IMG/VR virus record: IMGVR_UViG_3300036852_000742
Location: 1 to 64,000 of that record
DNA: 64,000 bases
From: a virus
Strand: one strand, 5' to 3'
Positions 19,212 to 27,897 of this stretch are shown piece by piece. How positions within the stretch are numbered: the stretch's first letter is position 1; the number at the start of each line of letters is the position of its first letter. Below the pieces are notes generated by a model, which was not told the DNA's origin, searched no databases, and saw only the letters and a list, made by a program, of their open reading frames with translations. The position numbers were made by a program, and so were the translations under genes.

Positions 19212-19916
19212 GTGAGCACCCCACCCCGGGTCACCGCCGAGCAGGCCGCCGACGCCGTCGCCCGGATCCACGCACGCCGGCACGCCGTGGACGACCCCAA
19301 CGCGCACCGCCTCGACGACGACGCGCTTCAAACCCTGCTCTACCTGCGCCAGCACAGCGACGGGATCCCCGACACTGTCCGCCAGGCCGACATTGCCGAT
19401 GCCCTGCTGCTTCGGGTGCATCTGTGGTGGGAAGCGGAGTCGCTGGAGCTGTGGCTGCTCAAAATGGCTGCGCAGCTCGGGATCCCACACCGCCAGGTCG
19501 GCCGGGTGCTCGGCATCCGCACCAGGCAGGGTGTGCGTGACCGCCGTGACCGCAAGGAAGCGCTGCTCGGCCCGGCCGGGGTGCCCGATGAGAAGCTGAC
19601 CCGTGCCGGCCGCCGGCCCGCGACCGACGCTGACACCTGGCTCTCCCATAACGGCCCGCAGGTCCGGGCGCTCGCGTCGACGCTGCTGGCCAACCAGTCC
19701 CGGCTGCCCGACAGTGACTACTTCGAGGACCTGGCCGTTGTACTGCCCGGCCCTCACGAATCTGCCCAGGTGGGTGCCAAAGTGATGGCCGTGCTTCGGC
19801 TGCTCATCGCCGAGTTGAGGTCGGAGACCGGATGCCTACCCGGCGACCTTAAGGAAACCCTCGCCTGGGGTACGGAGCTGGTCACCGAACACCGCAAGCT
19901 GCTCGGCCCGGCGTAG
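19212..19916 (+). CDS. Hypothetical HTH-containing protein, antisense to the arm
   Basis: GIPHRQVGRVLGIRTRQGVRDR HTH-like segment; fills the gap between minus-strand genes. Confidence 0.65.
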   Translation: MSTPPRVTAEQAADAVARIHARRHAVDDPNAHRLDDDALQTLLYLRQHSDGIPDTVRQADIADALLLRVHLWWEAESLELWLLKMAAQLGIPHRQVGRVLGIRTRQGVRDRRDRKEALLGPAGVPDEKLTRAGRRPATDADTWLSHNGPQVRALASTLLANQSRLPDSDYFEDLAVVLPGPHESAQVGAKVMAVLRLLIAELRSETGCLPGDLKETLAWGTELVTEHRKLLGPA

Positions 19917-19926
19917 AGCCTGACCG

Positions 19927-20157
19927 TCAGTGTGGGCGTTTGGCTGCCAGGTCGGTGCGGGCGCCTTGGCCCGCCCGGCCCGCCATGAACGCGTCGACGG
20001 TGTCCGGGTACCACCACGGGACGCGGTCGGCGAACTCCCCATCGCGCGGGCAGCGGGCGCTGCGCCACGCGTCTCGGGTCATGCCGGCACGGGCAGCAGC
20101 CTGTGCTCCGAGCAGGACCAGGCGCCCGTCGACGGTGATGACCATTCCGGTGACCAT
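19927..20157 (-). CDS. Small AlpA/excisionase-like DNA-binding protein
   Basis: AQAAARAGMTRDAWRS...PWWYPDTVDAFMAGRAGQGARTDL. Confidence 0.6.
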   Translation of the reverse strand: MVTGMVITVDGRLVLLGAQAAARAGMTRDAWRSARCPRDGEFADRVPWWYPDTVDAFMAGRAGQGARTDLAAKRPH

Positions 20158-20163
20158 TCCGGT

Positions 20164-20493
20164 TCACGCTCCAACTGTGATGGTGACGCTGATCGTGAGG
20201 GTCCACGACGCGTTGTTGCTGCGGGCCTTGTTGCAGTGTGCGCAACTGGGCTGGACGTTCTCGTGGCGGTAACTTCCGCCCGGGACGATCCGGTCGGCTT
20301 CGAGCGTCTCGTAGGTCAACACGGCCGTGCAGTGCACGCATGCGCAGGTCTCGCCGTTGCCGTAGGTGCGCAGGAGCCAGAGCTTGCGGTTCTTGCGGTC
20401 CTGGTTGTTGCCGCGCTTCTCGCCGCCGGGGCGACGGGTGGTGGTGCAGGTCTTCGTGGTCCTCGTGCTCCGGGGGGTTGCGGTCCGTGTCAT
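20164..20493 (-). CDS. HNH endonuclease
   Basis: CVHC...EADRIVPGGSY..ENVQPSCAHCN. Confidence 0.8.
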   Translation of the reverse strand: MTRTATPRSTRTTKTCTTTRRPGGEKRGNNQDRKNRKLWLLRTYGNGETCACVHCTAVLTYETLEADRIVPGGSYRHENVQPSCAHCNKARSNNASWTLTISVTITVGA

Positions 20494-20499
20494 ACCCCA

Positions 20500-20528
20500 A
20501 CTTTAACACGGTACCGTGTGGAAGTCTA
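20500..20528 (-). promoter_or_regulatory. Leaderless promoter with 14-bp palindrome
   Basis: TAGACT-17 bp-TAAAGT, ATG 6 nt after the -10; ACACGGTACCGTGT in the spacer. Confidence 0.6.
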
Positions 20529-20544
20529 TGGGGTCTGTGTCTTA

Positions 20545-21573
20545 TCACGCCGATTTCGCCGCCGAGAACATGGCGTGCCGACTGCGACTGGGGACTGCCG
20601 AGACAACGCGGACAGGGTCCACGGCATCATCCCCAACCTGCTCAGAGCGACACGGACCACAGCTCCCCTCGAACTGCCCGCGATGGCCACGCCTGCACGG
20701 AGCCCGCGCCGGGGCAGGCACATCCGGCGCAGGGAGCGTGCCCAGGTTCTCAGGCTGTAGCCGCCACCGAGCCGCGCCGAACACCGTCGACGCCGAGTCG
20801 TACCGCTCGCCGAGGATCCCGGCCAACAGCTTCGGCGACCAACCAGCGTCCAGTGCGTTCACAACCAGCCCAGCCAACTCGGCAGCGTTCGCCCCCCGTG
20901 GTTGGCGGGCCTTCGGCACCGACGCCAGCCGGTACGCGTCCGCAAGGACGATCTCTGCCGTCTCGGTTTGCTCCAGGGTTGGCACCACCACCTCCACCGG
21001 TTCGATTGGTGGTTGGTCGGTGAGCGTCTCTGGCTGTGGTGGTGGTGGTTCTAGGTCTTGGTTCTTCTCAACTACTAGTTCTTCTTCTCTATGTGGTGCG
21101 GATGAGCCATTTATGGGTGAGCCGTCGACGGATGAGCCATGGATGGCTGATCCGTGTATGGTTCCGTCCCAATCGTCTGTTTCGTTACCACCCCCCTGTA
21201 ACTGGGGCATGGTCTGACCTGCGAAAACGGGCCGGAAGCTGACGTCCCACCGCCAGACGAACTTGCCAGTCTCAGGATCGTTGGTTCGGGTCTGTCGTAA
21301 ATGTCCACGATTGCGTAGGCCGCGCAGCACCGTATCGACTGCTGCCCTCCCCAACTCCGGGGCGAGCCTGTCAATCCGCTGCCGGGAGCACCTGTACCCC
21401 GACTTCATCGTCAGCAGCGCCGCGAGCAGCGCCCGCTCACGCAGCGTCATCCCTTGGAAGCTGACACCAAGAGCCTTGTCGTCGTCGCCACGGTGGAGAG
21501 CGTTCGGCGAGATCAGGTACCTGTCGGCGAGGGACTCGGCAAACACCGCAATCTCGATGTCGCCGCCGCTCAC
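20545..21573 (-). CDS. Replication initiator-like protein (N-terminal wHTH)
   Basis: LRERALLAALL...GRAAVDTVLRGLRNRGHL..R....G.F layout, central repeat linker, C-terminal helical domain. Confidence 0.65.
   Translation of the reverse strand: MSGGDIEIAVFAESLADRYLISPNALHRGDDDKALGVSFQGMTLRERALLAALLTMKSGYRCSRQRIDRLAPELGRAAVDTVLRGLRNRGHLRQTRTNDPETGKFVWRWDVSFRPVFAGQTMPQLQGGGNETDDWDGTIHGSAIHGSSVDGSPINGSSAPHREEELVVEKNQDLEPPPPQPETLTDQPPIEPVEVVVPTLEQTETAEIVLADAYRLASVPKARQPRGANAAELAGLVVNALDAGWSPKLLAGILGERYDSASTVFGAARWRLQPENLGTLPAPDVPAPARAPCRRGHRGQFEGSCGPCRSEQVGDDAVDPVRVVSAVPSRSRHAMFSAAKSA
21101..21160. repeat. Four 15-bp iteron-like direct repeats inside the rep gene
   Basis: gatgagccatttatg/ggtgagccgtcgacg/gatgagccatggatg/gctgatccgtgtatg next to an AT-richer tract. 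Confidence 0.55.
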
Positions 21574-21768
21574 GATGCCCCTGCCCAGCTACGGCAAGGG
21601 GAACTCGGTGTAGTCATCTGCGCGACTCCCTTATCGATGGGGTCGCGTGCGAGAAAATCACCAAGTACACTGAAGGTGGACTTGGGTTCCCCCCCACGCA
21701 TGGCTGCGAGGTCCATGCTCTCGCCGGATGCGGATCCGGCGAGAGCAGTTTTTTTGCCTACGCGCAGG

Positions 21769-22002
21769 CTATGCCGCGTCGACCTGGTTGGTGGTCTGTT
21801 CGCCGGGATCGGCGATCCCGAGCCGGTCCAGCTCGGCAAGGAGTAGGTCCCGCAGGAGCCCCGAGCGGCTGACCCGGCCACCTTCACACACGACGTCCAT
21901 CCGGCGTAGCTCATCGTCGTGGAGGGTTAGACCGACCTGATTGGTGCGTCTGGGCATGGTGCTTCGGCGTGGTCCTCTACGCCTGGCCGGGTCTTCATGC
22001 AT
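21769..22002 (-). CDS. Ribbon-helix-helix (CopG-like) protein
   Basis: QVGLTLHDDELRRMDVVCEGGRVSRSGLLRDLL. Confidence 0.65.
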   Translation of the reverse strand: MHEDPARRRGPRRSTMPRRTNQVGLTLHDDELRRMDVVCEGGRVSRSGLLRDLLLAELDRLGIADPGEQTTNQVDAA

Positions 22003-22253
22003 GGGCGACCTCCTCCATGATCTTCGGTCTTGTCAACGATATACTACCGTTGGTGGTTGCGGGACCCCCGAACCGGACACGCCGGCCGACACCATCCCAG
22101 TTCCCCGGATGTCGCTCTGGGCGTTCCTGTACCCTGGCCCGTGTTCCCCTGCGCGTCCGGGGGGCCGATGGCAGGGGCCGCTGCGTACAACACGACCCTG
22201 CTGGTGGCGGCGCTACCCGGCTGGCCGTCACCTGACCGGACCCCACGCGCAGA

Positions 22254-22291
22254 ATCCGCCCCACCGCCCAGACGGGCGGTGGGGCGGATCT
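22254..22291. terminator. Long perfect hairpin
   Basis: ATCCGCCCCACCGCCC/GGGCGGTGGGGCGGAT. Confidence 0.55.
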
Positions 22292-22435
22292 GGTTTTGCG
22301 GCCGGTACAGCAGACAAGGGCAGGGCCCCGACGGGTCGCCGTGCAGGCACCGTGTGCGTACCCGCTCACCACGGCGGGTGCCGATGTGATGGACGGCCCG
22401 AAGGTGCCCACACACGCACAGCGGGTACGGGCCGG

Positions 22436-22957
22436 TCACAGCTCGACCAGGTTCAGGTCCAGCCGGGTGGGGACACCGGCGGCGAGCCCCACAGCCCGGC
22501 ACACCCGTTGCAAGGTGGACAGCAGCGGGTTCGCAGCCACCTCCACAAGGGCTATCGCGTTGCCGGTGACCCCGGCGTGGACGGCGACCGCCGGGCGGGA
22601 CAAACCCCACGCCCGCCGGGCGGCCTCAAGCTGTGCCACCACCAACCACAAGTGGTGCCCGTCGGTGGGGGTCATCGCCGACAGCATCGCCACCGTCGGG
22701 TTCTTGGACAGGTCCGGGAACCCGACGGGGGTCAGCGCCAGCCGTCGGCCAACATCAGCGCAGTAGTTCTGCACTGTGCTGGCGAGCCAGTGCATGGTGG
22801 TCGACGTTTCGAAGTCGAACAGGACGGTCGGGTGCACCCCGCGCCGGGCGGCCATGGCGTCACGGGTCATCAGGTCCCGGCGGGCCGCCACCAGGCAGTC
22901 CCGTAGCTGCCGGCGGGCGTCCGTGTCCGCCGGGTCAATGTCGGGGGTGCGAGTCAC
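22436..22957 (-). CDS. Tandem XRE-like HTH protein
   Basis: Two HTH_XRE-like units (MTRDAMAARRGVHPTVLFDFE; LSRPAVAVHAGVTGNAIALVE...NPLLSTLQRV). Confidence 0.7.
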   Translation of the reverse strand: MTRTPDIDPADTDARRQLRDCLVAARRDLMTRDAMAARRGVHPTVLFDFETSTTMHWLASTVQNYCADVGRRLALTPVGFPDLSKNPTVAMLSAMTPTDGHHLWLVVAQLEAARRAWGLSRPAVAVHAGVTGNAIALVEVAANPLLSTLQRVCRAVGLAAGVPTRLDLNLVEL

Positions 22958-23394
22958 AGAGCTGCCGCCACGGTGACGTGGGTGATCTGCACGGGGTCCC
23001 AGATGACCGCTGCGACCCCACCGCCGGGGGTGCCGGTGAGCGTGTAGTTCGCGGCTGTCACCCGCGTAGAGGCGCGCTCCTCCGGCCAGGTAGCGAGGGC
23101 GTAGTCGGCGCAGTCCGGGTGGTACGGGGCCGACCCGGTCACGATCGCCACCTCCGCCGCGACCACCTCCACCGGGCGGGGGACCACGAACACCGCCGGC
23201 CCGTCAGCACGGGTCCCGCACAGTTGGCACCGCCGCCGGGCCATGCAGTCGTTGACCCTCGACTTGATGATCTCGCCGAACAGGGGAGTCCCGTCGGCGT
23301 CGATCACGGTCACGTACGGCACGACCAGCCCGTTGTGCGACGGCCGGCCGTCGCACAACGGGGGGATGCCAGGACCGGTCGCTGTCACACTCAC
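22954..23394 (-). CDS. Hypothetical Zn-binding protein
   Basis: GLVVPYV...RRCQLCG...HPDCADYA. Confidence 0.65.
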   Translation of the reverse strand: MSVTATGPGIPPLCDGRPSHNGLVVPYVTVIDADGTPLFGEIIKSRVNDCMARRRCQLCGTRADGPAVFVVPRPVEVVAAEVAIVTGSAPYHPDCADYALATWPEERASTRVTAANYTLTGTPGGGVAAVIWDPVQITHVTVAAAL

Positions 23395-23407
23395 GTGCCT
23401 CTCCTCC

Positions 23408-23971
23408 CTACAACGACCGGGTGTTGACGGTGGTCAACGCAGTCCGGACCCGGTTGACCGGCCAGTACGTCGCCTGCCCAACCAACCGCCGGCAGTGGGC
23501 TTCCGTTGCGGCGTGCTCCGGGCCGGTCCAGGTCCGGCACGCCCGGCAGGTGCGACGCCCGGCGACAGTCAACGCCCCGACGTCCTGGGCCAGGTCCTCG
23601 GTCTCAACCATGAGACGGAGCTGCTCGTTCACCCACGCCCGGTGGGTCTGCACGTGGGCGTCGGCCAGCGTCCCCCGGTATGAGGACCCAATATCGGGGT
23701 CCCGCACAAGGTCCCAATCGACCTCGTGCGGGGCGCGCGTCGAGCTGTGCCAGCTCGCGGCTGTGTCGTTGTCGTCGATGTAATCGTGCGGCTCAGCCGC
23801 AACGAGACGCACCGCCTCCGCCTCGTCAGGGTCCCCTGCCGCGACCCACACCACATGCACGGTGGTCACTTCAACCATGACCGGGTACTCGTCCAGCTCG
23901 TGTGGCACCTGGGCAGGCATGGGCCACCTCCGGTCGGTTGTTGTGGTGTGTTCTCCGGGTTCATCCCGCAT
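23408..23971 (-). CDS. Hypothetical protein
   Basis: Packed ORF; start may be internal (MPAQVP). Confidence 0.6.
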   Translation of the reverse strand: MRDEPGEHTTTTDRRWPMPAQVPHELDEYPVMVEVTTVHVVWVAAGDPDEAEAVRLVAAEPHDYIDDNDTAASWHSSTRAPHEVDWDLVRDPDIGSSYRGTLADAHVQTHRAWVNEQLRLMVETEDLAQDVGALTVAGRRTCRACRTWTGPEHAATEAHCRRLVGQATYWPVNRVRTALTTVNTRSL

Positions 23972-24710
23972 CGGTCACACCCCCGTTTCCGTACAACTCG
24001 TGCAGCCGGGCAAGGTAGCGACGCTCGGCCTCGGCCGGTCCCCAGCCCTCAACCTTGACGCCCAGCGGGGGCACGTCCTCGACTGCGGCCCACGGCAACG
24101 GCGGCGGCGCCATGAGCGCGTCGCGCTCGTCATGGAGGATTCGGTTGTCGGCCTCCTTGACTTCGACCGGGCAGGTGTGATCGAGACCGAACCGGTCGCA
24201 GATGACAACCATCAACCGGTCCTCAGCCGCCTGGTACGCCGGCATTGCAGCTTTGAGTGGCCGGATCATGTCGCCCATGTACGCCTCGGTCGCGTCATGC
24301 AGGAGCGCCCACAGCGCGTGCTCAGGTGCGACTGCGTAGCTCATCAGCACGCAGTGCTCGGCCACCGAGTAGAAGCGACTGACGTGCCCGCCGTAGCGGC
24401 ACAGCAGCGACAAGGCGTGCGCGATGTCCACGGGATCGACGTCGTTCACGTTTGGCGCGAGCGGATAGAAGGCACGCCCGGTGAAGGTCTGCATCCATGC
24501 CTGCATCCCAGTGGGGTCGGTGGCACGTAGCGCGGCGAGGATGTGCCCGAGGTGTGTGGGGGTGCCCCGAACATGGAAGGTGACCACGCCTGTGCGCGGG
24601 TCCTGGTGGGCAACAGCGTGCGGCTTCAGGCCGGGGCCTGCCCACTCGTCGACCAGCGCCTCGGCGTCGGCGGCGGTCGCGACCAGAAGCCGGTCTGATG
24701 ACTCAGTCAT
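23961..24710 (-). CDS. HD-domain phosphohydrolase (YfbR/5'-deoxynucleotidase-like)
   Basis: DIAHALSLLCRYGGH..FYSVAEHC...ALLHDATEAYMGD. Confidence 0.88.
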   Translation of the reverse strand: MTESSDRLLVATAADAEALVDEWAGPGLKPHAVAHQDPRTGVVTFHVRGTPTHLGHILAALRATDPTGMQAWMQTFTGRAFYPLAPNVNDVDPVDIAHALSLLCRYGGHVSRFYSVAEHCVLMSYAVAPEHALWALLHDATEAYMGDMIRPLKAAMPAYQAAEDRLMVVICDRFGLDHTCPVEVKEADNRILHDERDALMAPPPLPWAAVEDVPPLGVKVEGWGPAEAERRYLARLHELYGNGGVTDAG

Positions 24711-25473
24711 TGGCCGCTGCCGATTCGACGTGTGGGCATCGGTAGCCCGACATCATCATCGGACACACGTCGGCCACGTACCGGTCGTGCGGCATGTGTT
24801 CGGCGGTGACACCCCTGGCCCGCCAGGCGGCGGCGTCGGAGTGGCCGTACATCTCTACCCAGGCATCGTCTTCCGTTTCGGCCTGGGAGCCTTCGAGCAC
24901 CCCAAGCGGGCAGCCGCACGCCTCGCGGAACACCCACTGGGTACGCGTACGGCCACCGGGAACTGCCTCGGCCGCCGCGTGCGCCGCAACCTGCCGGTCG
25001 ACGATCGCCAACAGGTGCTCGCCGTACTCGGTGTACACCTGCTTCACCTCATCGCTGTCTTCGGTGATCCGGATTGCGCCGGGGACACCACCGGGCCGCA
25101 CCTTCAACCCTGGGATCACCTGCCCGGTTTTCGGGTCGGTGACCGACCCGTCAGCGCGGCGCTGGCCCCGCCCCAGCAACGCCTTCACGAACCTTTCCCG
25201 GACCTGGGTCACCTCCTGGACCTCGTCCGGGTACTCCACCGCCACCCACCACGCCAACGCCTGTGGGTCGGCAACGAACGCGGCCTCTTTGGATACCGGC
25301 AGGACCACTGAGCCCAAGCCGGGCAGCTTCCACGACGGTGCGGTTCCCTGCTCGACCAGCTCGCGGGTGGCCTCCTCGTCCAGTGCGCGGCGAAACACCC
25401 CGGCCTGGCGCAGTGCTGCCGAAGCCAACGCCTGCAACCGCAGCACCTGCTCGATGCGCTCGCGGCGGTTCAT
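24703..25473 (-). CDS. Hypothetical recombination-module protein
   Basis: Coupled to the ATPase gene; GQVIPGLKV motif. Confidence 0.65.
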   Translation of the reverse strand: MNRRERIEQVLRLQALASAALRQAGVFRRALDEEATRELVEQGTAPSWKLPGLGSVVLPVSKEAAFVADPQALAWWVAVEYPDEVQEVTQVRERFVKALLGRGQRRADGSVTDPKTGQVIPGLKVRPGGVPGAIRITEDSDEVKQVYTEYGEHLLAIVDRQVAAHAAAEAVPGGRTRTQWVFREACGCPLGVLEGSQAETEDDAWVEMYGHSDAAAWRARGVTAEHMPHDRYVADVCPMMMSGYRCPHVESAAAND

Positions 25474-26384
25474 GCCGCAGCGTCCGCAACAGCGTGGGAC
25501 AGCGTCGCTGCCGTGGTGCGACGCAGGAACGCGGCCCGCTCGCGCAGCAGGGCCTCAAGGCTGGTCAGTTGCCCATCAGGGCCGTAGACAACAGCGCTGG
25601 CCTGGCCGACAGCGTCCAGCTCCCGGAACTTGGCACCCAACTCCGGCGGGGTCCGGCCGTCTTCGAGGGCCCAATCCCGCACGGTGATCGGGTTGAGTGG
25701 TTGGCCGACAGCGTCGCGCTCCAACCACCGCAGGACGATCTCGCCGACTTCTTCGGTGGGCTTGTCGAAGGTCTTGTCCCGCAGCTCCGGGCAGATGCTC
25801 TTGGAGATCCGGGCAACGGCGTTGTCCATGTCGAGAATGACGTCGAACTCACTCTCGATGTTGTCGCGCTGCTCGGGTTTGAGACCGATCTTCCGTGGGG
25901 CCATCTTCCCGGCGGTGTTCAACTCCACCACGTACTCGGTTTTCACCCTCATAGTGACGATGAGGTGCCCCGGGTACCCCAGGACGGCGTCCATCATCTG
26001 CCGTTCGACCGGTCGCATCCGCTTCCAGCCCTCGAACGAGCTTGCGGCGGCGCCGACCTTGTCGAGCATGCCGTCTTCGCCGCCCCAGAACGGGGACAGC
26101 GTGTCGATGATCAACGGGTTGATGCCTTGTTCTGCGGCGGCGATCGTTGCGCGCGTCAGGTCCTCAGGGTCGAACGTGGCCATTGGTAGATGCCGGAAGG
26201 TGAACAGGTCGGCGTACTTCCGGGCACGGTGCCTGTCGGTGTCGATCAGGCCCGGGTTGTCGCCAAGTGCACGAGCGAGCGTCAGTGCGCTGAATGTCTT
26301 ACCCGATCCTGATACGCCGGTCAGCGCCAAGCGGGCCCAGCTACCAGTCTTCACAGCCTGGACGAACTGGAACGGTGTGGTCAT
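25470..26384 (-). CDS. AAA_24/Sak4-like ATPase (single-strand annealing recombinase)
   Basis: Walker A GVSGSGKT, LIDTD, LIIDTLSPFW, KIGLKPEQRDNIESEFD. Confidence 0.85.
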   Translation of the reverse strand: MTTPFQFVQAVKTGSWARLALTGVSGSGKTFSALTLARALGDNPGLIDTDRHRARKYADLFTFRHLPMATFDPEDLTRATIAAAEQGINPLIIDTLSPFWGGEDGMLDKVGAAASSFEGWKRMRPVERQMMDAVLGYPGHLIVTMRVKTEYVVELNTAGKMAPRKIGLKPEQRDNIESEFDVILDMDNAVARISKSICPELRDKTFDKPTEEVGEIVLRWLERDAVGQPLNPITVRDWALEDGRTPPELGAKFRELDAVGQASAVVYGPDGQLTSLEALLRERAAFLRRTTAATLSHAVADAAA

Positions 26385-26470
26385 TGGGGTCAGATCTCCT
26401 CAGTTGTAGTGGGTGACCGCCCCTGTTACCGTTGCAGAACGGTGCAGCCCCCCGGTTGTATCCGTCTCCG

Positions 26471-26533
26471 CGCAGCCCCCAGTCCTGCAACGCTCAGGGT
26501 TCCAGCCCCTGTTGCAGCGGTCCGGGGGTTGCG
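26471..26533 (-). other. Long intergenic RNA stem-loop capped by a GCUGGA loop
   Basis: CGCAACCCCC..CTGCAAC-AGGGGCTGGAACCCTG..GTTGCAG..GGGGGCTGCG nested stems on the minus strand. Confidence 0.6.
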
Positions 26534-26539
26534 TGTTTT

Positions 26540-26956
26540 CTACCCCTTGGGCTTGAGTGGCCCACCCCCGCCTGGCGGTAGGGCTGGGGTCAGCGCCTTC
26601 CCGTCCCACTGGATCCGCCCACCTTGCAGCAGCCAAGGGATGATCGTTGACAGCCGCCAGTAGATGACCCGCTGCCTGCCGATCGCCCTACCGTATGCGT
26701 CCGGTTTGGGCAGCTTCGTTGTCCCTGCCGTTGCCGGCAGGTTCCAGGCGTAGACGGTGTTGGGCTGACGTCCAGTCAGCTCGGCCACTCCGTCCACGCC
26801 GATCAGGGTCGTGTCCGAGATCAGCGCGCCGTACTTCGCGTCGCCATCCAGGCCAGGGTCGGCGAGGACGGCGCGGATCTTGGCCAGGGCGAGGTCGTTC
26901 ACCGTGGCCGGGTCGAGGACCTCGTCGTCGACCACGTTGGACTCCATCGTGCTCAT
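26540..26956 (-). CDS. MerR/AlpA-like HTH DNA-binding protein
   Basis: LIGVDGVAELTGRQPNTVYAW...LPKPD...YWRLSTIIPW; AAGGAGGT RBS. Confidence 0.7.
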   Translation of the reverse strand: MSTMESNVVDDEVLDPATVNDLALAKIRAVLADPGLDGDAKYGALISDTTLIGVDGVAELTGRQPNTVYAWNLPATAGTTKLPKPDAYGRAIGRQRVIYWRLSTIIPWLLQGGRIQWDGKALTPALPPGGGGPLKPKG

Positions 26957-27006
26957 GAGGGGTAGCACCTCCTTCTCTGTGTGTTGGGGCTGGCCAAGCC
27001 GTCCCT

Positions 27007-27035
27007 ATTCTATCCGGCCGTGGAACGCGGGGCAA
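27007..27035 (-). promoter_or_regulatory. Repeated phage promoter copy 8 (degenerate right half-site)
   Basis: TTGCCC-17 bp-TAGAAT. Confidence 0.8.
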
Positions 27036-27489
27036 TACGCGCGCGTGATCTCGGGGTCTTCGCTGCTCGCCGGGACTTTTTGCGGGTCTCACTGGCACAT
27101 TGCTTGCACTGACTCGCGCGCCCGTCGAGAAGCCCCTTGGCCGGGTAGAACTCGTCGAGGGGCTTCACCGCCCGGCAGCCCCGGCACGCTTTGAAGCCGT
27201 CGGGAGCCGCCGGCAACGGATCCGGGGCCGGCCCAGCAGCAGCACGTTGCCGCTTGAGTTTGCGGCGCTCACCCTCGGTGAGTCCTCCCCAGATACCAGA
27301 CGGGGCGTCGATCTTTATGGCCCAGTCCAGGCACTCTGCCTGGACTTCGCAACCTCGGCAGATCCGTTTCGCGACGTTGGTCTCCCAGGACGTTCCGGCG
27401 CCATGCTCAGGGAAGAAGGCCTCCGCGTCGGTCTCAAGGCATGCCGCGAGGTCTGTCCAGTCCTGCCCGGCGAGTTGGAAGGCTGTCAC
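27010..27489 (-). CDS. whiB: WhiB-family transcription factor with extra C-terminal CxxC...CxxC Zn ribbon
   Basis: W...AAC...FFP...AKRICRGCEVQAECLDWA...GIWGGLTEGERR. Confidence 0.92.
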   Translation of the reverse strand: MTAFQLAGQDWTDLAACLETDAEAFFPEHGAGTSWETNVAKRICRGCEVQAECLDWAIKIDAPSGIWGGLTEGERRKLKRQRAAAGPAPDPLPAAPDGFKACRGCRAVKPLDEFYPAKGLLDGRASQCKQCASETRKKSRRAAKTPRSRARIAPRSTAG

Positions 27490-27845
27490 GACTGACCGTG
27501 CCCATCGTCGTCGTGGGCAGGGTGGAACCGGCCGTGGTCGGCCACGGGCTGGGTCCAGGTGGTGCCGGTGTCGAGGTCGGAGCCGTGGGCCACCCGGAAG
27601 TGGTCCCCGAACTGACCACCCACCAGCTCATGATCGGCGTTGTAGTGTTCCGGGTATTCGTCCAGGGTGTCGATCCGTTGGTGGTGGCCGTCGGCGGTCA
27701 GGAAGACGTCGCCCTCATGCAGGGTCACCCCCTCCACGGTGTCGCCGGGGTCGGCTGGGCGGCCCACGGGCGACAAGTTGTGCATGGCAGGGGGCGGCGA
27801 TTCGCCGCGCCCGATGGCGCCCAGCACATCGTCAATGATGGTCAT
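27486..27845 (-). CDS. Hypothetical protein
   Basis: GGGAGG RBS; after promoter copy 9. Confidence 0.6.
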   Translation of the reverse strand: MTIIDDVLGAIGRGESPPPAMHNLSPVGRPADPGDTVEGVTLHEGDVFLTADGHHQRIDTLDEYPEHYNADHELVGGQFGDHFRVAHGSDLDTGTTWTQPVADHGRFHPAHDDDGHGQS

Positions 27846-27897
27846 GGTGGGGGCCTCCCTGGTCTCCGTCTCGGTGGAGGGGCTTGTCCAGCACCCC

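Noticed and set aside
22038-22070. Possible twelfth promoter copy (TAGTAT with CCCGC upstream)
   Set aside because: It lacks TTGCCC at 17 bp; it may be a different promoter but cannot be supported
26112-26123. 12-nt match between the predicted TnpB guide flank (43325-43336) and the Sak4-like gene
   Set aside because: The match begins at guide position 4, missing the start of the seed, and is short enough to be chance in 64 kb
26390-26540. tRNA in the structured intergenic region
   Set aside because: No cloverleaf, T-loop or CCA; no tRNA or rRNA recognised anywhere in the window
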